The translations under genes and the position numbers were made by a program. Below the pieces are notes generated by a model that did not search any database, was not told the DNA's origin, and worked only from the letters and a program-made list of their open reading frames with translations. This document shows positions 18,146-28,400 of a stretch of 64,000 nucleotides of DNA, piece by piece. The DNA lies in NCBI GenBank assembly GCA_964502735.1, contig CAZCYD010000002.1, forward strand, positions 74,218-138,217, given 5' to 3'. The stretch's first letter is position 1. Each line of letters starts with the position of its first letter. This DNA comes from an uncultured Pseudobdellovibrionaceae bacterium. GTDB lineage: Bacteria; Bdellovibrionota; Bdellovibrionia; Bdellovibrionales; UBA1609.

Positions 18146-18327
18146 AATTAGAAAAATTTTTAGGATAGATTTTCAATGGGGTCAAGAAACGGCCTTCTTC
18201 TACTTGAAGAATCTCGTCAGCTATGGCAGAACCTGTAATGCACTGTATCTATATTTTATTTATGAACCCCATGAAATATGGACGTCCCAAATAAAAGGGC
18301 CCCTGAATCGTGGGTTGTGGAGTTCTC

Positions 18328-18987
18328 ATGAGGATTTTTGCGATTTCATTTGTGGCTTTGTGTCTTTATTCGTGCGGAATGCAGCCCTTGCTGGCCAGCA
18401 AGATCAGCCAGACTCAAACAGGTAAGTCTGAGGCGGATAAGTACTTTACAAAAAGGTCCAAGAACAACAGATCTGCGCCAAAGGGTGAGGTCCGGGGACC
18501 ATCGGGCGTGGGGGCTCCTAGATACCTAGCACTTCAGTTTGGTTTGTTTACTAGCGAAGACACTTACAGATGGGGAAAAGAAAATAAAGACAATGTCGGA
18601 CAATATCTTGTTGGAGTGACATATAGAATGGGGGAGTGGACAAACTCTATGGACCTTGCATTGAGGGCCGATGTCGTCTCTTACAAAATGGATGGCAGGG
18701 AGCCCATTAAATTGAGTTTAATGCCTATAGTGACATTTCCCGATGCCCGTTCAGGTTTTCCACTATACTTTGGTGCAGGGCTTGGTTTAGGTGTGTTTTT
18801 TAAGCAATTGGACAACGAGTCCGCTTTGTCTTTTGACAACCAACTTTTGGTGGGAACACGGTTTTTTAATTTAATTGAAGGTTTGGGGTTGATATTTGAA
18901 GTCGGCCTTAAGAACCAACTTTTAATTCTGTCTGATGGGCAACACAACGGGGTTTACGGATCGTTTGGTGGAGTGTTCGTTTTTTAA
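18328..18987 (+). CDS. Putative outer-membrane beta-barrel lipoprotein
   Basis: MRIFAISFVALCLYSCG lipobox, alternating beta-strand pattern, C-terminal ...GGVFVF. ATG 18328 is preferred over the track start 18310. Confidence 0.5.
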   Translation: MRIFAISFVALCLYSCGMQPLLASKISQTQTGKSEADKYFTKRSKNNRSAPKGEVRGPSGVGAPRYLALQFGLFTSEDTYRWGKENKDNVGQYLVGVTYRMGEWTNSMDLALRADVVSYKMDGREPIKLSLMPIVTFPDARSGFPLYFGAGLGLGVFFKQLDNESALSFDNQLLVGTRFFNLIEGLGLIFEVGLKNQLLILSDGQHNGVYGSFGGVFVF

Positions 18988-20207
18988 TGGAAAAATTTAT
19001 TCGTTGGCCGCAAATGGCTGCAGTAGTTAAAATACTCAGAGAGGTATTTGAAGAACATAAATACTCCGACAAGATTTTAGAAAAAGAATTTAAAATAAAT
19101 AAAAAATGGGGGGCCAATGACCGTAGGGTCATTGCCGAGGCGACCTATGATATCTTGAGATGGTGGCGCAGACTCCACTTTTATTTGAATATGGATTGGA
19201 CGAGTAAGAAATCGAGTGGGGATTATTGGCGCTTGACACTGACCTGGATGTGCTGGAGAGGATATCAGGCTCCCTCTTGGGAAGTGGCAAAAGATTTTGA
19301 TTGGCAGTGGGTTGTAAACAGAATAGCTACGCATGAGCCCGCAGCCGCTGATAAGCATTCAGTACCGGATGATCTTTATGCTCTTGGGAGTTCTGAACTT
19401 TTAGATAAATGGGAATCGTATTTGAGTGTACTCAACGAGCAGGCACCAGTTTTTTTAAGGACAAACACCATTAAGATAAACCGGGAAAATCTTTTAGAAG
19501 GATTAAAGTCAGAGGGGGTGGAGGTTGCACCTTCGGAAGGTGAGAGCGCCATTGTACTGACTAAACGATCCAATGTTTTTCTGACTGAGAGTTTTAAGAA
19601 GGGTTATTTTGAAGTGCAAGACATAGGTTCTCAGGCTATTTCTAGATTTGTAGACCCTAAACCTGGGGATAGGGTTATTGATGCTTGTGCGGGAGCTGGC
19701 GGTAAAAGTTTACATATGGCCGCACTAATGAAAAACAAAGGGAAAATTATCGCTTTAGACATTCATGATTGGAAGTTGAAAGAGCTTGCCAAAAGAGCTA
19801 AACGTGGAGGGGTTGACGTTATTGAATGTAGAAGCTTGGCCGAAACAAAAGCGGTAAAAAGACTTGCGGGTCAAGCGGATAAGCTTTTGTTGGATGTGCC
19901 GTGTACAGGACTGGGGGTTTTGAAAAGGAATCCCGACACAAAGTGGAAATTCAGTCTAGAAAAGTTTAGAGACATATGTGGCTTACAACAAGATATCTTA
20001 CAGCAATATAGTCATATGGTAAAGGTTGGTGGGGAGATGGTTTATTCCACGTGTAGCATTCTTCCTTCTGAAAACCAAAATCAAGTGGAGTCTTTTTTAA
20101 ATTCTGACGTTGGAAAAAACTGGGCTCCTCTTGCAGAAAAAATCTTGCCTCCAATGTCAAATGGGAATGACGGCTTCTACATGTCTAAGTTAATTAGAAA
20201 GGAATAG
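18987..20207 (+). CDS. rsmB: RsmB/NOL1/NOP2/Sun-family rRNA cytosine-C5 methyltransferase
   Basis: SAM-binding motif DACAGAGGKSLH, DVPCTGLGV, and the catalytic Cys region YSTCS. Confidence 0.8.
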   Translation: MEKFIRWPQMAAVVKILREVFEEHKYSDKILEKEFKINKKWGANDRRVIAEATYDILRWWRRLHFYLNMDWTSKKSSGDYWRLTLTWMCWRGYQAPSWEVAKDFDWQWVVNRIATHEPAAADKHSVPDDLYALGSSELLDKWESYLSVLNEQAPVFLRTNTIKINRENLLEGLKSEGVEVAPSEGESAIVLTKRSNVFLTESFKKGYFEVQDIGSQAISRFVDPKPGDRVIDACAGAGGKSLHMAALMKNKGKIIALDIHDWKLKELAKRAKRGGVDVIECRSLAETKAVKRLAGQADKLLLDVPCTGLGVLKRNPDTKWKFSLEKFRDICGLQQDILQQYSHMVKVGGEMVYSTCSILPSENQNQVESFLNSDVGKNWAPLAEKILPPMSNGNDGFYMSKLIRKE

Positions 20208-20263
20208 TTGAAGTCACAAACTTCAGAAATTTGTAAAAAAAGAAATAATTTTAGTGCTACATT

Positions 20264-21160
20264 TTATATTGAAACTGAGGAAGTCGGTGTCAGCCAATTC
20301 GTTATAATTTCAGTATAGTCAAAGCTGGGGTCCAGTTGCTCTGTGTATTCAAGTGTTGGTTGGATTAGTGATTCAGGCTGATCTATAAAATTTGTAAAAG
20401 CTGTTCGAACAGAGTCTAAAACAATTTTGCTCGACGGGTTCACGTCAGGGTAAAGAATGTTTAGGCGAACGGCAACTTCTGCGATCTGTGCCGCTATGTA
20501 GTCGACCTCTCCAATATTTGCAGCCTTTTTTGCATCATAGAGAGACTGAGTGACAGTTTTAAGATAATCTCTAATAACATTGCGAGACATTTGAGCGTTG
20601 AGGCTCAGAGATCTATTAGTACGAAAATATTGCTGCTCCAGAAAGCTGTGTGATTTGTCATTTTCTTGGTGTTGACCAGTGGCTTTATAGGCCATAGCTC
20701 TTATCTTGGACTGTAGAGGTTCCCAGAATGGTGCCCCCACTACATAGACTCCCAAACTGGTAATTTGACTTAAGAATGTGGCAACAAAGTAGGAAAGTGC
20801 AGGGTTGCTTTCACCTGTGAGGCTGGCGAGAACAGCGGCAACAGAGGACGAACTCAGCATAATGGCGGCAATCGCGGCGTAGGCTTTTCCTTTGGTGTCA
20901 ATTAAATGATCAAAAACAGTTTTGTGCACAAAATCAGTTTGGCAGCCTTGTTGAGGGCTACATTTTTCTTCTAACTGAGCAGAGATAGACAAACTGGCTT
21001 CAAGGATCTGTTCGTCATTAGATTCGTGGAACAGTTTGCTGTTGGACGCGGCCTTAATTAGATTTTCATTGCAGGAAGAAGGAGCCGACTGAAGAGTTGT
21101 GGCAACCGAGGTTAGAACAAGTATAAAAACAACAAACCATGATATGAAGCCAAATCGCAT
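20264..21160 (-). CDS. Hypothetical exported protein
   Basis: A 298-aa ORF with an N-terminal signal/TM segment. No motif recognised. Confidence 0.5.
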   Translation of the reverse strand: MRFGFISWFVVFILVLTSVATTLQSAPSSCNENLIKAASNSKLFHESNDEQILEASLSISAQLEEKCSPQQGCQTDFVHKTVFDHLIDTKGKAYAAIAAIMLSSSSVAAVLASLTGESNPALSYFVATFLSQITSLGVYVVGAPFWEPLQSKIRAMAYKATGQHQENDKSHSFLEQQYFRTNRSLSLNAQMSRNVIRDYLKTVTQSLYDAKKAANIGEVDYIAAQIAEVAVRLNILYPDVNPSSKIVLDSVRTAFTNFIDQPESLIQPTLEYTEQLDPSFDYTEIITNWLTPTSSVSI

Positions 21161-21396
21161 TGGAACTTTTTATTGATCTCACAATTTAAAGTCAATTTAT
21201 AGAGGAAGGGAACGAAGAGTGACACTTTCGGTCACATATTTTGAAAGCTATTCTCAAAAAACCTCTGTATGAGGGCTCAAAATCAAATTATAGAACTCTA
21301 ATGTCAATTCGAGAGTGGATGACTTCTTGCTTAAAAAAATATGTCACTTAGAGGTTGAGGCTAGTGGCAGGACAATGTATTGAAGGGGAAGGTAAG

Positions 21397-22554
21397 ATGT
21401 ACGTATTGAAGAAGATTTGGGCACTCATAGTTATTAAAGGCAGCTTGTTTCTCGGCTTTTTAGCTCAGGCGGATTACTACGATGTGGGTTTGCGGGATAT
21501 CAGGTTTCAAGAGTTTAACTTTTACAACGTCAATACAGAAACTGGTAAGCATATTCAGAGCCTTTATACGAAGTATGAAGCTTTAAAAAAAATTGATTTT
21601 TACCATTTACCTGATGATTTTGATCCGATAATTGACGAGGTCTACGAGTACATTCAAAAAAACTCTAACCAATACAAGGGGCCTTCAGAATCCGACCCGA
21701 ACGGATTTTACGTTGGTCTTAATGGAGTTCGAAATGGAAAGGGCTTTACGTTCGACAAAAAAGAATTGCCAACCAAAATAGTGCGTTTGGCATTTTGCTT
21801 TGGTCTTGATCCCATTGTTTATACAGGTTTGTTAAATCAAGAGTCTAAGTTTTCGACAAATGCTTTGAGCCCAACCAAGGCCTCTGGATTCTCTCAGTTA
21901 ACTACTATCGCCATAGTTGAAGTCAGTGAGCAGCTTGGTTTGCTCGGCCCAGCATATGCCTCAGACGGGGCTGAAGAGGCTTTAAATCAGTACATAAATT
22001 GCTACTATAAAGGATACGACAAAAAATGGGTGAACATGTGGGAGGATGGAACAATTCCTGCCGGTAAAGAGGCCTATCGAGGAGGAAATATTGGAGATGG
22101 GAGGTCCTGGCTTTATGTTTCAGGAAGTAAAGCCTGGTTGAATGAAGACCCTGATCGCAATCTTGTTTATGGCGCTGCTTACTTTAAAGCTATGCTCAAT
22201 CGTTCGGGTATAGGCGGAAACTACTATCGTGCATTAGCCAGATACAACGTAGCCGAGCAACAGGTTTATACCAGTAAAATAAGAAGGTACTATAATGATT
22301 TATCTCCAGGTGTTTCAAGCCGAATCAACGTAAGAGGGGGCTTTCAACGCATTCATCTTGAGAATTTAGAGTTTGATCTCTCAGGTTTCGGGGAGAATCG
22401 TGAAAGTTATAGGTGCAGAGTTCCTGTTAATGATGGGAGCTTGCAAGCTTTTGAGATGTTAAAAGAATTTTATTCAGAAAATGACCTCTTGAAGGGGGTT
22501 ATGAGTCACTGGCTAGAGAGTAATTTCTGCGATAATAAACTGATTTCATTGTAA
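21397..22554 (+). CDS. Exported lytic transglycosylase (SLT domain) protein
   Basis: Signal peptide from ATG 21397. SLT catalytic pattern LLNQESKFSTNALSPTKASGFSQLT, and AAYFKAML...YN. Confidence 0.65.
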   Translation: MYVLKKIWALIVIKGSLFLGFLAQADYYDVGLRDIRFQEFNFYNVNTETGKHIQSLYTKYEALKKIDFYHLPDDFDPIIDEVYEYIQKNSNQYKGPSESDPNGFYVGLNGVRNGKGFTFDKKELPTKIVRLAFCFGLDPIVYTGLLNQESKFSTNALSPTKASGFSQLTTIAIVEVSEQLGLLGPAYASDGAEEALNQYINCYYKGYDKKWVNMWEDGTIPAGKEAYRGGNIGDGRSWLYVSGSKAWLNEDPDRNLVYGAAYFKAMLNRSGIGGNYYRALARYNVAEQQVYTSKIRRYYNDLSPGVSSRINVRGGFQRIHLENLEFDLSGFGENRESYRCRVPVNDGSLQAFEMLKEFYSENDLLKGVMSHWLESNFCDNKLISL

Positions 22555-22653
22555 AAATAAGGAATCACTTATGGACTTGCGTTTAAATATGAGACGTAAG
22601 CATGAACCTGCTATTACTTTTGAACGCTTTCTTACACACTCTTCTAATAGAAC

Positions 22654-24003
22654 TTATAACTGGTCAAAATCCAAGAGTTGACCAATGGGTGTTTCCAATA
22701 TTTGGGCTTCGTTCATGACGATATGCCCTCTGATAATTGTAGCCGTTGGATATCCTGTTATGGCTTTATCCTCAAATGGAGACCACCCACACTTGGATTC
22801 AAGCCATGAATTTTCAATTTTCCACTTCTTTTTTAAATCTACAATTGTAAAGTCCGCGTCTCGTCCAAGACAAATGCTTCCTTTGTTTTTGAGTTGAAAA
22901 ATAGAGGCTGGTGTTTCGGCCATGAGCTCGACCAATCTAAATAGGCTTAACCTTTGATGGTGAACGTGATCAAGCATAATGGGAAGAAGTGTTTGTACTC
23001 CGGGCATGCCTGACGGCGAAAGGGGGTACTCTTTTTCTTTTTCTTCACGAGTGTGAGGGGCGTGATCGGAGCCTAATACATCTACAGCGCCAGAGTTTAG
23101 GGCTTTCCAGAGAGCCTCTTGGTGCCTCTTTGTCCTTATAGGGGGGTTCATTTGGGCGAAGGTGCCTAAAGCTTCGTAGGCTTCAGGCTCACTTAATGTC
23201 AGGTGCTGAGGGGTAACCTCCACAGTGGCAATATCTCGGTTTTTGGCCAACAGTTCAATTTCACTTTCTGTGCTTACATGTAAGACGTGAACTTTTTTAC
23301 TGGCTTCTCTCGCAAGTTTTAAAAGATTTTGAGTGGAGGTTAATGCCACTTCTTCATTTCTCCATAGGCTGTGAGTTTGCGGGAGGCCTTTTTGTCGAAG
23401 GTTTGAACGGCTTAATAGCAGGCTTTCATCTTCGCTGTGAACAGCAACGTTTCTTTTTAATTTGAGGAGAATTTTTTTTAACCCCTCAAGTTGATCCACC
23501 AAAAGGTCCCCAGTTGACGACCCCATAAAAATTTTTGTTCCACAACAGCCAGCAAGAGTTTCAAGTTGGGATAGGTCCTCTATATTGTGGAGACTGGCCC
23601 CCATATAAAAAGCGTAATCGCACCAGAAGTTATTGTTTGCGCAGTCTATTTTTTGTTGCCAGGTTTTAAGGTTTGTAATAGCGGGTTTTGTGTTTGGCAT
23701 ATCGAAAACAGCCGTAATACCCCCCTTAATGGCACCTCGGCTTCCCGTATTGAAATCTTCTTTGTGCTCTAGTCCGGGCTCTCGAAAATGAACTTGAGAG
23801 TCGATAAAACCAGGTAGAATTGTGAGCCCAGTGCAATCCAGTACCTGGGTAGAGTTATGAGAGGAAAGTTGGCCAATGGCGGCTATCTTGCCTGAGATGA
23901 CTCCAATATCCTCTTTAACAAGCTGCCATTTTCCTGGAGATGGGGAGTCAGATTTAAGAGTTACATTGCCATTTTTCAATATGAGGTCAAAGTTGTTTTT
24001 CAT
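22654..24003 (-). CDS. pyrC: Dihydroorotase (amidohydrolase superfamily)
   Basis: PGFIDSQVHFREPG metal-binding HxH motif, FDMPNTKP, and a C-terminal DADFTIVD-type motif. Length 449 aa. Confidence 0.85.
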   Translation of the reverse strand: MKNNFDLILKNGNVTLKSDSPSPGKWQLVKEDIGVISGKIAAIGQLSSHNSTQVLDCTGLTILPGFIDSQVHFREPGLEHKEDFNTGSRGAIKGGITAVFDMPNTKPAITNLKTWQQKIDCANNNFWCDYAFYMGASLHNIEDLSQLETLAGCCGTKIFMGSSTGDLLVDQLEGLKKILLKLKRNVAVHSEDESLLLSRSNLRQKGLPQTHSLWRNEEVALTSTQNLLKLAREASKKVHVLHVSTESEIELLAKNRDIATVEVTPQHLTLSEPEAYEALGTFAQMNPPIRTKRHQEALWKALNSGAVDVLGSDHAPHTREEKEKEYPLSPSGMPGVQTLLPIMLDHVHHQRLSLFRLVELMAETPASIFQLKNKGSICLGRDADFTIVDLKKKWKIENSWLESKCGWSPFEDKAITGYPTATIIRGHIVMNEAQILETPIGQLLDFDQL

Positions 24004-24081
24004 ACGATTCCGACAATATTACAGAACCAGCCAAAAGACCAGACTTGTCTGATTGAAATAATTGTATGACAATATAGGTAG

Positions 24082-25194
24082 ATGCACAGCTTTATTGAAT
24101 TCCTCTTTCAACACCTTGAATCGATCATTATGGGCCTATCTATTTTGGCGATTTCTCTTGCTGGATTTTATCTTATTTACAATGTTTTTTTTGCTAAAAA
24201 TAATAACACTTCGATCAATATGCAAAATCTTGATCAAGTAGAAACCCTTTTAAAAAAAGTTTTATCTCAGGCCGAGGGGGTAGGAAGGAAGTTGTCGTCA
24301 GATTTTTCTTCTGGAGGTAAGTCCAACTTGGAATCGGGACAGGAAGCAGAAAGTTCAAATGGGGCCCATCTTTCTAATGAAGATTTAGAGAAAGTACAAA
24401 AGCTACAGGCAGAGTTAAAAGCTAAACAAGAAGAAATTGAAAAACTCAAGGCAGATATCCAATCTAAAGGTGCCTCTGCTGAGCCGCCTACAGATTTATT
24501 AGAAAAGATAAGTGAGCTTGAAGCCCGTTTAGCCGAGTACGAAATTATTGAGGACGATATTGCTGACCTTTCCAAGTATAAGGATGAAAACTTAAAGCTA
24601 AAAGAGCAAATTGCAAAACTCCAGTCAGGAGAGTCTTTGTTTGAAGATGTGGATTTGGCTGAAGATGGTTTAGTAGAAGGTGAAGACTCAAAAGAAAAGA
24701 GTCTCACCTCCGCAAATGATGAAATGTCGTCTGAGGAAGCCTCAACCCAGGAAGAGCCATCCGGTGCTGGTGGAGATTCTATAACCGACGATTTGATTAG
24801 TGAGTTTGAGCAGGCTGTAAATGAGCAGCTGGGCCGTCCCAGTACGGAAGAGGCATCATCAGGTTCAGTATCGACGCTTGAAGTAGGGCAAGAGGTAGAA
24901 ATTGTAGACCCCGATAATTCTAGTGTGGGAACTAATCAAGAAGTTGTCGACACACAGGCAGAGGTTGACACCCTTTTTGAGAAGGCTGCAGCAGAGGACG
25001 CGGATGATATCTTTGGAGAGTTTGTTCCCGATGAGGAAGTTCTAACCAAAGAAGTTAACACAGATAAAATGCTTGAGGAAATGTCGAACCTAGCGAGTTT
25101 GGACTCCGATGGAAGTGTAAATTTAGATGAAGAATTTGATGTCGACAAGATGGCCAAGGAGGCCCAAACACTAGGTGAAAAAGGAAGTTCATGA
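24082..25194 (+). CDS. Membrane-anchored, highly acidic coiled-coil protein (hypothetical)
   Basis: N-terminal TM helix followed by a long E/D/S-rich region with heptad-like segments. Its TGA stop overlaps the next ATG (ATGA). Confidence 0.55.
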   Translation: MHSFIEFLFQHLESIIMGLSILAISLAGFYLIYNVFFAKNNNTSINMQNLDQVETLLKKVLSQAEGVGRKLSSDFSSGGKSNLESGQEAESSNGAHLSNEDLEKVQKLQAELKAKQEEIEKLKADIQSKGASAEPPTDLLEKISELEARLAEYEIIEDDIADLSKYKDENLKLKEQIAKLQSGESLFEDVDLAEDGLVEGEDSKEKSLTSANDEMSSEEASTQEEPSGAGGDSITDDLISEFEQAVNEQLGRPSTEEASSGSVSTLEVGQEVEIVDPDNSSVGTNQEVVDTQAEVDTLFEKAAAEDADDIFGEFVPDEEVLTKEVNTDKMLEEMSNLASLDSDGSVNLDEEFDVDKMAKEAQTLGEKGSS

Positions 25195-25922
25195 AAGGCT
25201 TATTATTTTCAATTCTATTAGGGGGAAGTTTAGGGGTAGAGGCCGCGGTACCGCCAAATGCAGCAATGTCTACTGAATACACTTCAATTATTGAGTCTCT
25301 GCAATTGCCGAGAAAGAACAGATTAGTGAACTTGGCAAAAAGACCGTTGATTTTGGAGCATTTGCATCAGTTAGCTCTAGATGAAAAACAGTCTTTAAAA
25401 ATAAGGTGGAGAGCCATTACCGCTATGGGTGAAATGGCTCCCTTGAAATCCCAACCTTACTTAGAGAAGCTTCTCGTAAGAAAGGAATGGTTTTTGCGAA
25501 ATGCAGCTATGATTGGAATTAGCCATTCTGATAGACCCACGGTTATTAAATGGGCAGGCGAGCTTATGAATGATAGGTCTTTAATGGTGAGAACAGCGGC
25601 TGTTCAGGCAATTAAAAAAGTAAAAGGTGTTGAGCTACAAGATCTTCTTTGGGAGAAAATTAACAGCAAGGAGAATTTCCATAAAGGAAAAAGCCTCTGG
25701 ATTCGAAAGTACATTGCCGATGCCTTGGCTAGCTTTGCTGAAATGGAGAAGGGTGAGGATGACAAGTTTATGAAATTGTTATTAGACGAAGACAAGAGAC
25801 TTCATCCTTTTGCTATTCGCGGTCTATCTAAGGCTACGGGAAAAAGTGTAGCCCCAGACAAGCCCTTGGAGCAAAGGCGTCTGGCCTGGATTCAACATTA
25901 TAAAGAAAAAATTCAACAATAG
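25191..25922 (+). CDS. Exported HEAT-repeat protein
   Basis: Signal peptide and repeated ..LRNAAMIGIS.. / ..VRTAAVQAIKKV.. HEAT-like units. Confidence 0.55.
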   Translation: MKGLLFSILLGGSLGVEAAVPPNAAMSTEYTSIIESLQLPRKNRLVNLAKRPLILEHLHQLALDEKQSLKIRWRAITAMGEMAPLKSQPYLEKLLVRKEWFLRNAAMIGISHSDRPTVIKWAGELMNDRSLMVRTAAVQAIKKVKGVELQDLLWEKINSKENFHKGKSLWIRKYIADALASFAEMEKGEDDKFMKLLLDEDKRLHPFAIRGLSKATGKSVAPDKPLEQRRLAWIQHYKEKIQQ

Positions 25923-25936
25923 ATATAGATAAAGAA

Positions 25937-26443
25937 TTATCTGTTTTCTTTTTCCTGCGCTAGCTGTAAGGCTCTGTCGATCTGAATTTCTCGGTCAATT
26001 CTGTAGAGTAGGGCTTTTTCTTCAAATCCATCGCTGGGGGGAGTTTCTACATCAGCAAAGAAGTCCCTCTTCTTTTCGATAAATTTTTGGATAGTTACTT
26101 TTACTGCGCTCTCATTATTGATACGGCCCTTGATGGTTCGCAAACTCATTCTATATTGGGTTCCGCCTGGCTTGAGTTTAGGTTGAAAAGGAGGAGTCCA
26201 AATTTCATAACCTTGCACCCAATCAGTTTCAAGTTCACCTTTGTCAATATTATTAACCTTTATGGGGTATTTTTGTAATGCAATTTGTGAGGCTCTCCAT
26301 ACGACTTCAAATTCGTCATTAAAAATTTGGCTAATAGGAGAGTAGCCATCGTACCTGTGCTGCTGAGAGGCACAGGCCGAAAGCATAAGCAGGGAAAATA
26401 AACTAAAAGTTAATCGAACTGCGAGAAATGTGCGTGATACCAT
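25937..26443 (-). CDS. Hypothetical lipoprotein
   Basis: LLMLSACAS lipobox, 168 aa. It overlaps the upstream gene by 41 nt, and no alternative in-frame start was seen. Confidence 0.55.
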   Translation of the reverse strand: MVSRTFLAVRLTFSLFSLLMLSACASQQHRYDGYSPISQIFNDEFEVVWRASQIALQKYPIKVNNIDKGELETDWVQGYEIWTPPFQPKLKPGGTQYRMSLRTIKGRINNESAVKVTIQKFIEKKRDFFADVETPPSDGFEEKALLYRIDREIQIDRALQLAQEKENR

Positions 26444-27974
26444 CTAGAAGATGACCCCCCGTTGAAGCTCTGAATCCTTTTTGGCCAAGGTAAAGGACTT
26501 CCCAACGATACGATTTATTAGGTCGTAAGTCCATTGGCAAATGTGGAAGATTGGCCTGCTGTATCCACCCTTCAGCAAGTAGCTCCCAAAGGGTAGTCCG
26601 CTTTTCTGTTGTCACTTGACCTGAACCAATGCTTTCAATTTCAGATAGAGTGATATAAGTGGCAACGGAGGCAATTTCACTTTGAACAGTAGGAGGGGTT
26701 AGGTGAATGGTATCGTCTACATGACGAGGAGGTGCTGCAAAGTCTAAGAATGAAATTGTAGAGTTGGAAGTTGGTCTTTCAAAAGAGAGGCTTAAGGCTA
26801 AACCGGGGCCTTTGCCTTTAGCTATATTTTGTAGTGAATAGAGGTCGTTGTGAGGGAACATAAAAAGTCTCTTTAAATCTAGAACTTTATCAAACTCTAT
26901 GGACTCTAATTCTCGGTGAGCATCAACAGGTATGGCATTTTTATCCATTAGCGCGGACAATACATAAGTGTCTTTTTGGCTAGCTGGATATTTTAAGCGA
27001 ATGTTCCCTCTTGCCGGAACTCGCTTGAGGTCAGCGGGGTAGAAGTACCCGCCTTGATTAACCATCGCTAAACTTATCATTTCTAGGTTTTGTGCATAGT
27101 TTGGAGCTTTAATTTCAAATGATTGGTCAAATGCAATTTGGCGTATAGAAATATCTTGATGAGTTACAGACTTATCAATTTGAAGATCTTTTTGCCCACC
27201 ACCAAGAAATTCAAAGTCATTAATAATGTCAAATATGGAGTTCCCATTGCGAAGCTTGTCGACGACTCTCTTAAAGGGGAATCTTCCATGAGTTGCAAAT
27301 ATTTTATAAAAACCAGGATCTCTTACGTAAGATCTGTAAATGGGTTTGTCTAGAGTGATTGGGATAATATAGCTTTCACTTTGTCTGGGTAGGCTAATGT
27401 TACTGGGCAGAGCGATTCTTTGGCCAGCAACGGAGATGACGTCCGACTCAGGACTAATTACAGAACTGATATCAAAGTCTATAATTGATCTTTGAGTAAA
27501 GGCGGGAATGACGAGGCTAAAATCAATGTAGCCGTCTGTTCTGAGTCGGCCGTAATCAGTTGTTGTTCCCTTAACTTCAATAAAGTCTTTGCCTTCAGTT
27601 TTTCGAAGTTCGAAAGTTTGAGGAGTGGGTTCAACGCGAAGATAGGTTGTGCGTATGTAACCAGGAGCTTCTAAGGTTACTGAGAGGGCTTGGTCCCATG
27701 CCACAGGAATATCAACAATTCCATTTTCGTCAGTGAGAACCACATTGTCTTTAAAGGGGGAGTCGAGTTCGTTTCCTAAAAGAACCACGGCTCCAGCAAT
27801 TGGCTGCAGGTCGGTGCCAACTACACGTAGCTGTTTAAGTTCGCTTAACGGGGCCTCATTTTCAGTTGAGCTTGCCACAGAACGTGCAAGTTGGTCCCCT
27901 AGGCTGGTGTTAACTCCTAGTAGTATAGATAGAATTGACAAAAACAGCGGCATCCCGATTTGGTGAGCTTTCAT
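26403..27974 (-). CDS. Hypothetical exported protein with an N-terminal carboxypeptidase-regulatory-like segment
   Basis: Signal peptide and VVGTDLQPIAGAVVLL...TDENG, resembling CarboxypepD_reg-type beta-sandwiches. Length 523 aa. Confidence 0.5.
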   Translation of the reverse strand: MKAHQIGMPLFLSILSILLGVNTSLGDQLARSVASSTENEAPLSELKQLRVVGTDLQPIAGAVVLLGNELDSPFKDNVVLTDENGIVDIPVAWDQALSVTLEAPGYIRTTYLRVEPTPQTFELRKTEGKDFIEVKGTTTDYGRLRTDGYIDFSLVIPAFTQRSIIDFDISSVISPESDVISVAGQRIALPSNISLPRQSESYIIPITLDKPIYRSYVRDPGFYKIFATHGRFPFKRVVDKLRNGNSIFDIINDFEFLGGGQKDLQIDKSVTHQDISIRQIAFDQSFEIKAPNYAQNLEMISLAMVNQGGYFYPADLKRVPARGNIRLKYPASQKDTYVLSALMDKNAIPVDAHRELESIEFDKVLDLKRLFMFPHNDLYSLQNIAKGKGPGLALSLSFERPTSNSTISFLDFAAPPRHVDDTIHLTPPTVQSEIASVATYITLSEIESIGSGQVTTEKRTTLWELLAEGWIQQANLPHLPMDLRPNKSYRWEVLYLGQKGFRASTGGHLLDGITHISRSSINF

Positions 27975-28240
27975 CTTCCCCTCCCTTTATGGTGGCGCTG
28001 GCACTGTGTCCGAACGCCAAGACTGCTATAAAAATATTAACAGTCCATATGATATTTATGCTTCAGCTTTATTTAAGCTTAGGAAGCCTACACAGCCCTC
28101 CCCAGGGCTGTGTAGATAAAAGCTATTACAAAAGTCATAATCTCACAAACTATCAGGCCTCAAAACGCGCGCAATTATATGCGTTGCATAAATTGGAAAG
28201 GCTCACTTTTTGGATGGGGGTGGAAAACCACTCATTGTGA

Positions 28241-28269
28241 TTGACTAATAATAGGCTGATGTTAATAAT
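28241..28269 (+). promoter_or_regulatory. Candidate sigma70 promoter for the tRNA (TTGACT-N17-AATAAT)
   Basis: TTGACT at 28241-28246 and AATAAT at 28264-28269, 30 nt upstream of the tRNA 5' end. Confidence 0.4.
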
Positions 28270-28298
28270 TGCCAACTTCAAAGTTGTGCGTCTAGTGA

Positions 28299-28375
28299 GG
28301 CGGAGTAGCTCAGTTGGTTAGAGCAGCGGAATCATAATCCGCGTGTCGGGGGTTCAATTCCCTCCTCCGCTACCA
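28299..28375 (+). tRNA. tRNA-Met (anticodon CAT), elongator-like, CCA encoded
   Basis: Cloverleaf read by hand: acceptor GGCGGAG/CTCCGCT (G1-U72), D-arm GCTCAGTTGGTTAGAGC, anticodon stem GCGGA/TCCGC with loop ATCATAA, T-arm GGGGGTTCAATTCCCTC, then ACCA. A lysidine-modified tRNA-Ile2 cannot be excluded. Confidence 0.9.
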
Positions 28376-28400
28376 GTTTTAAATAATTAGAAAAATTCTC

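Noticed and set aside
28299-28375. The tRNA(CAT) as initiator tRNA-fMet
   Set aside because: Position 1-72 is a G-U pair rather than the C-A mismatch of bacterial initiators. The anticodon stem (GCGGA/TCCGC) lacks the three consecutive G-C pairs adjacent to the loop. The D-arm matches elongator tRNA-Met. tRNA-Ile2 (lysidine) remains a minor possibility.
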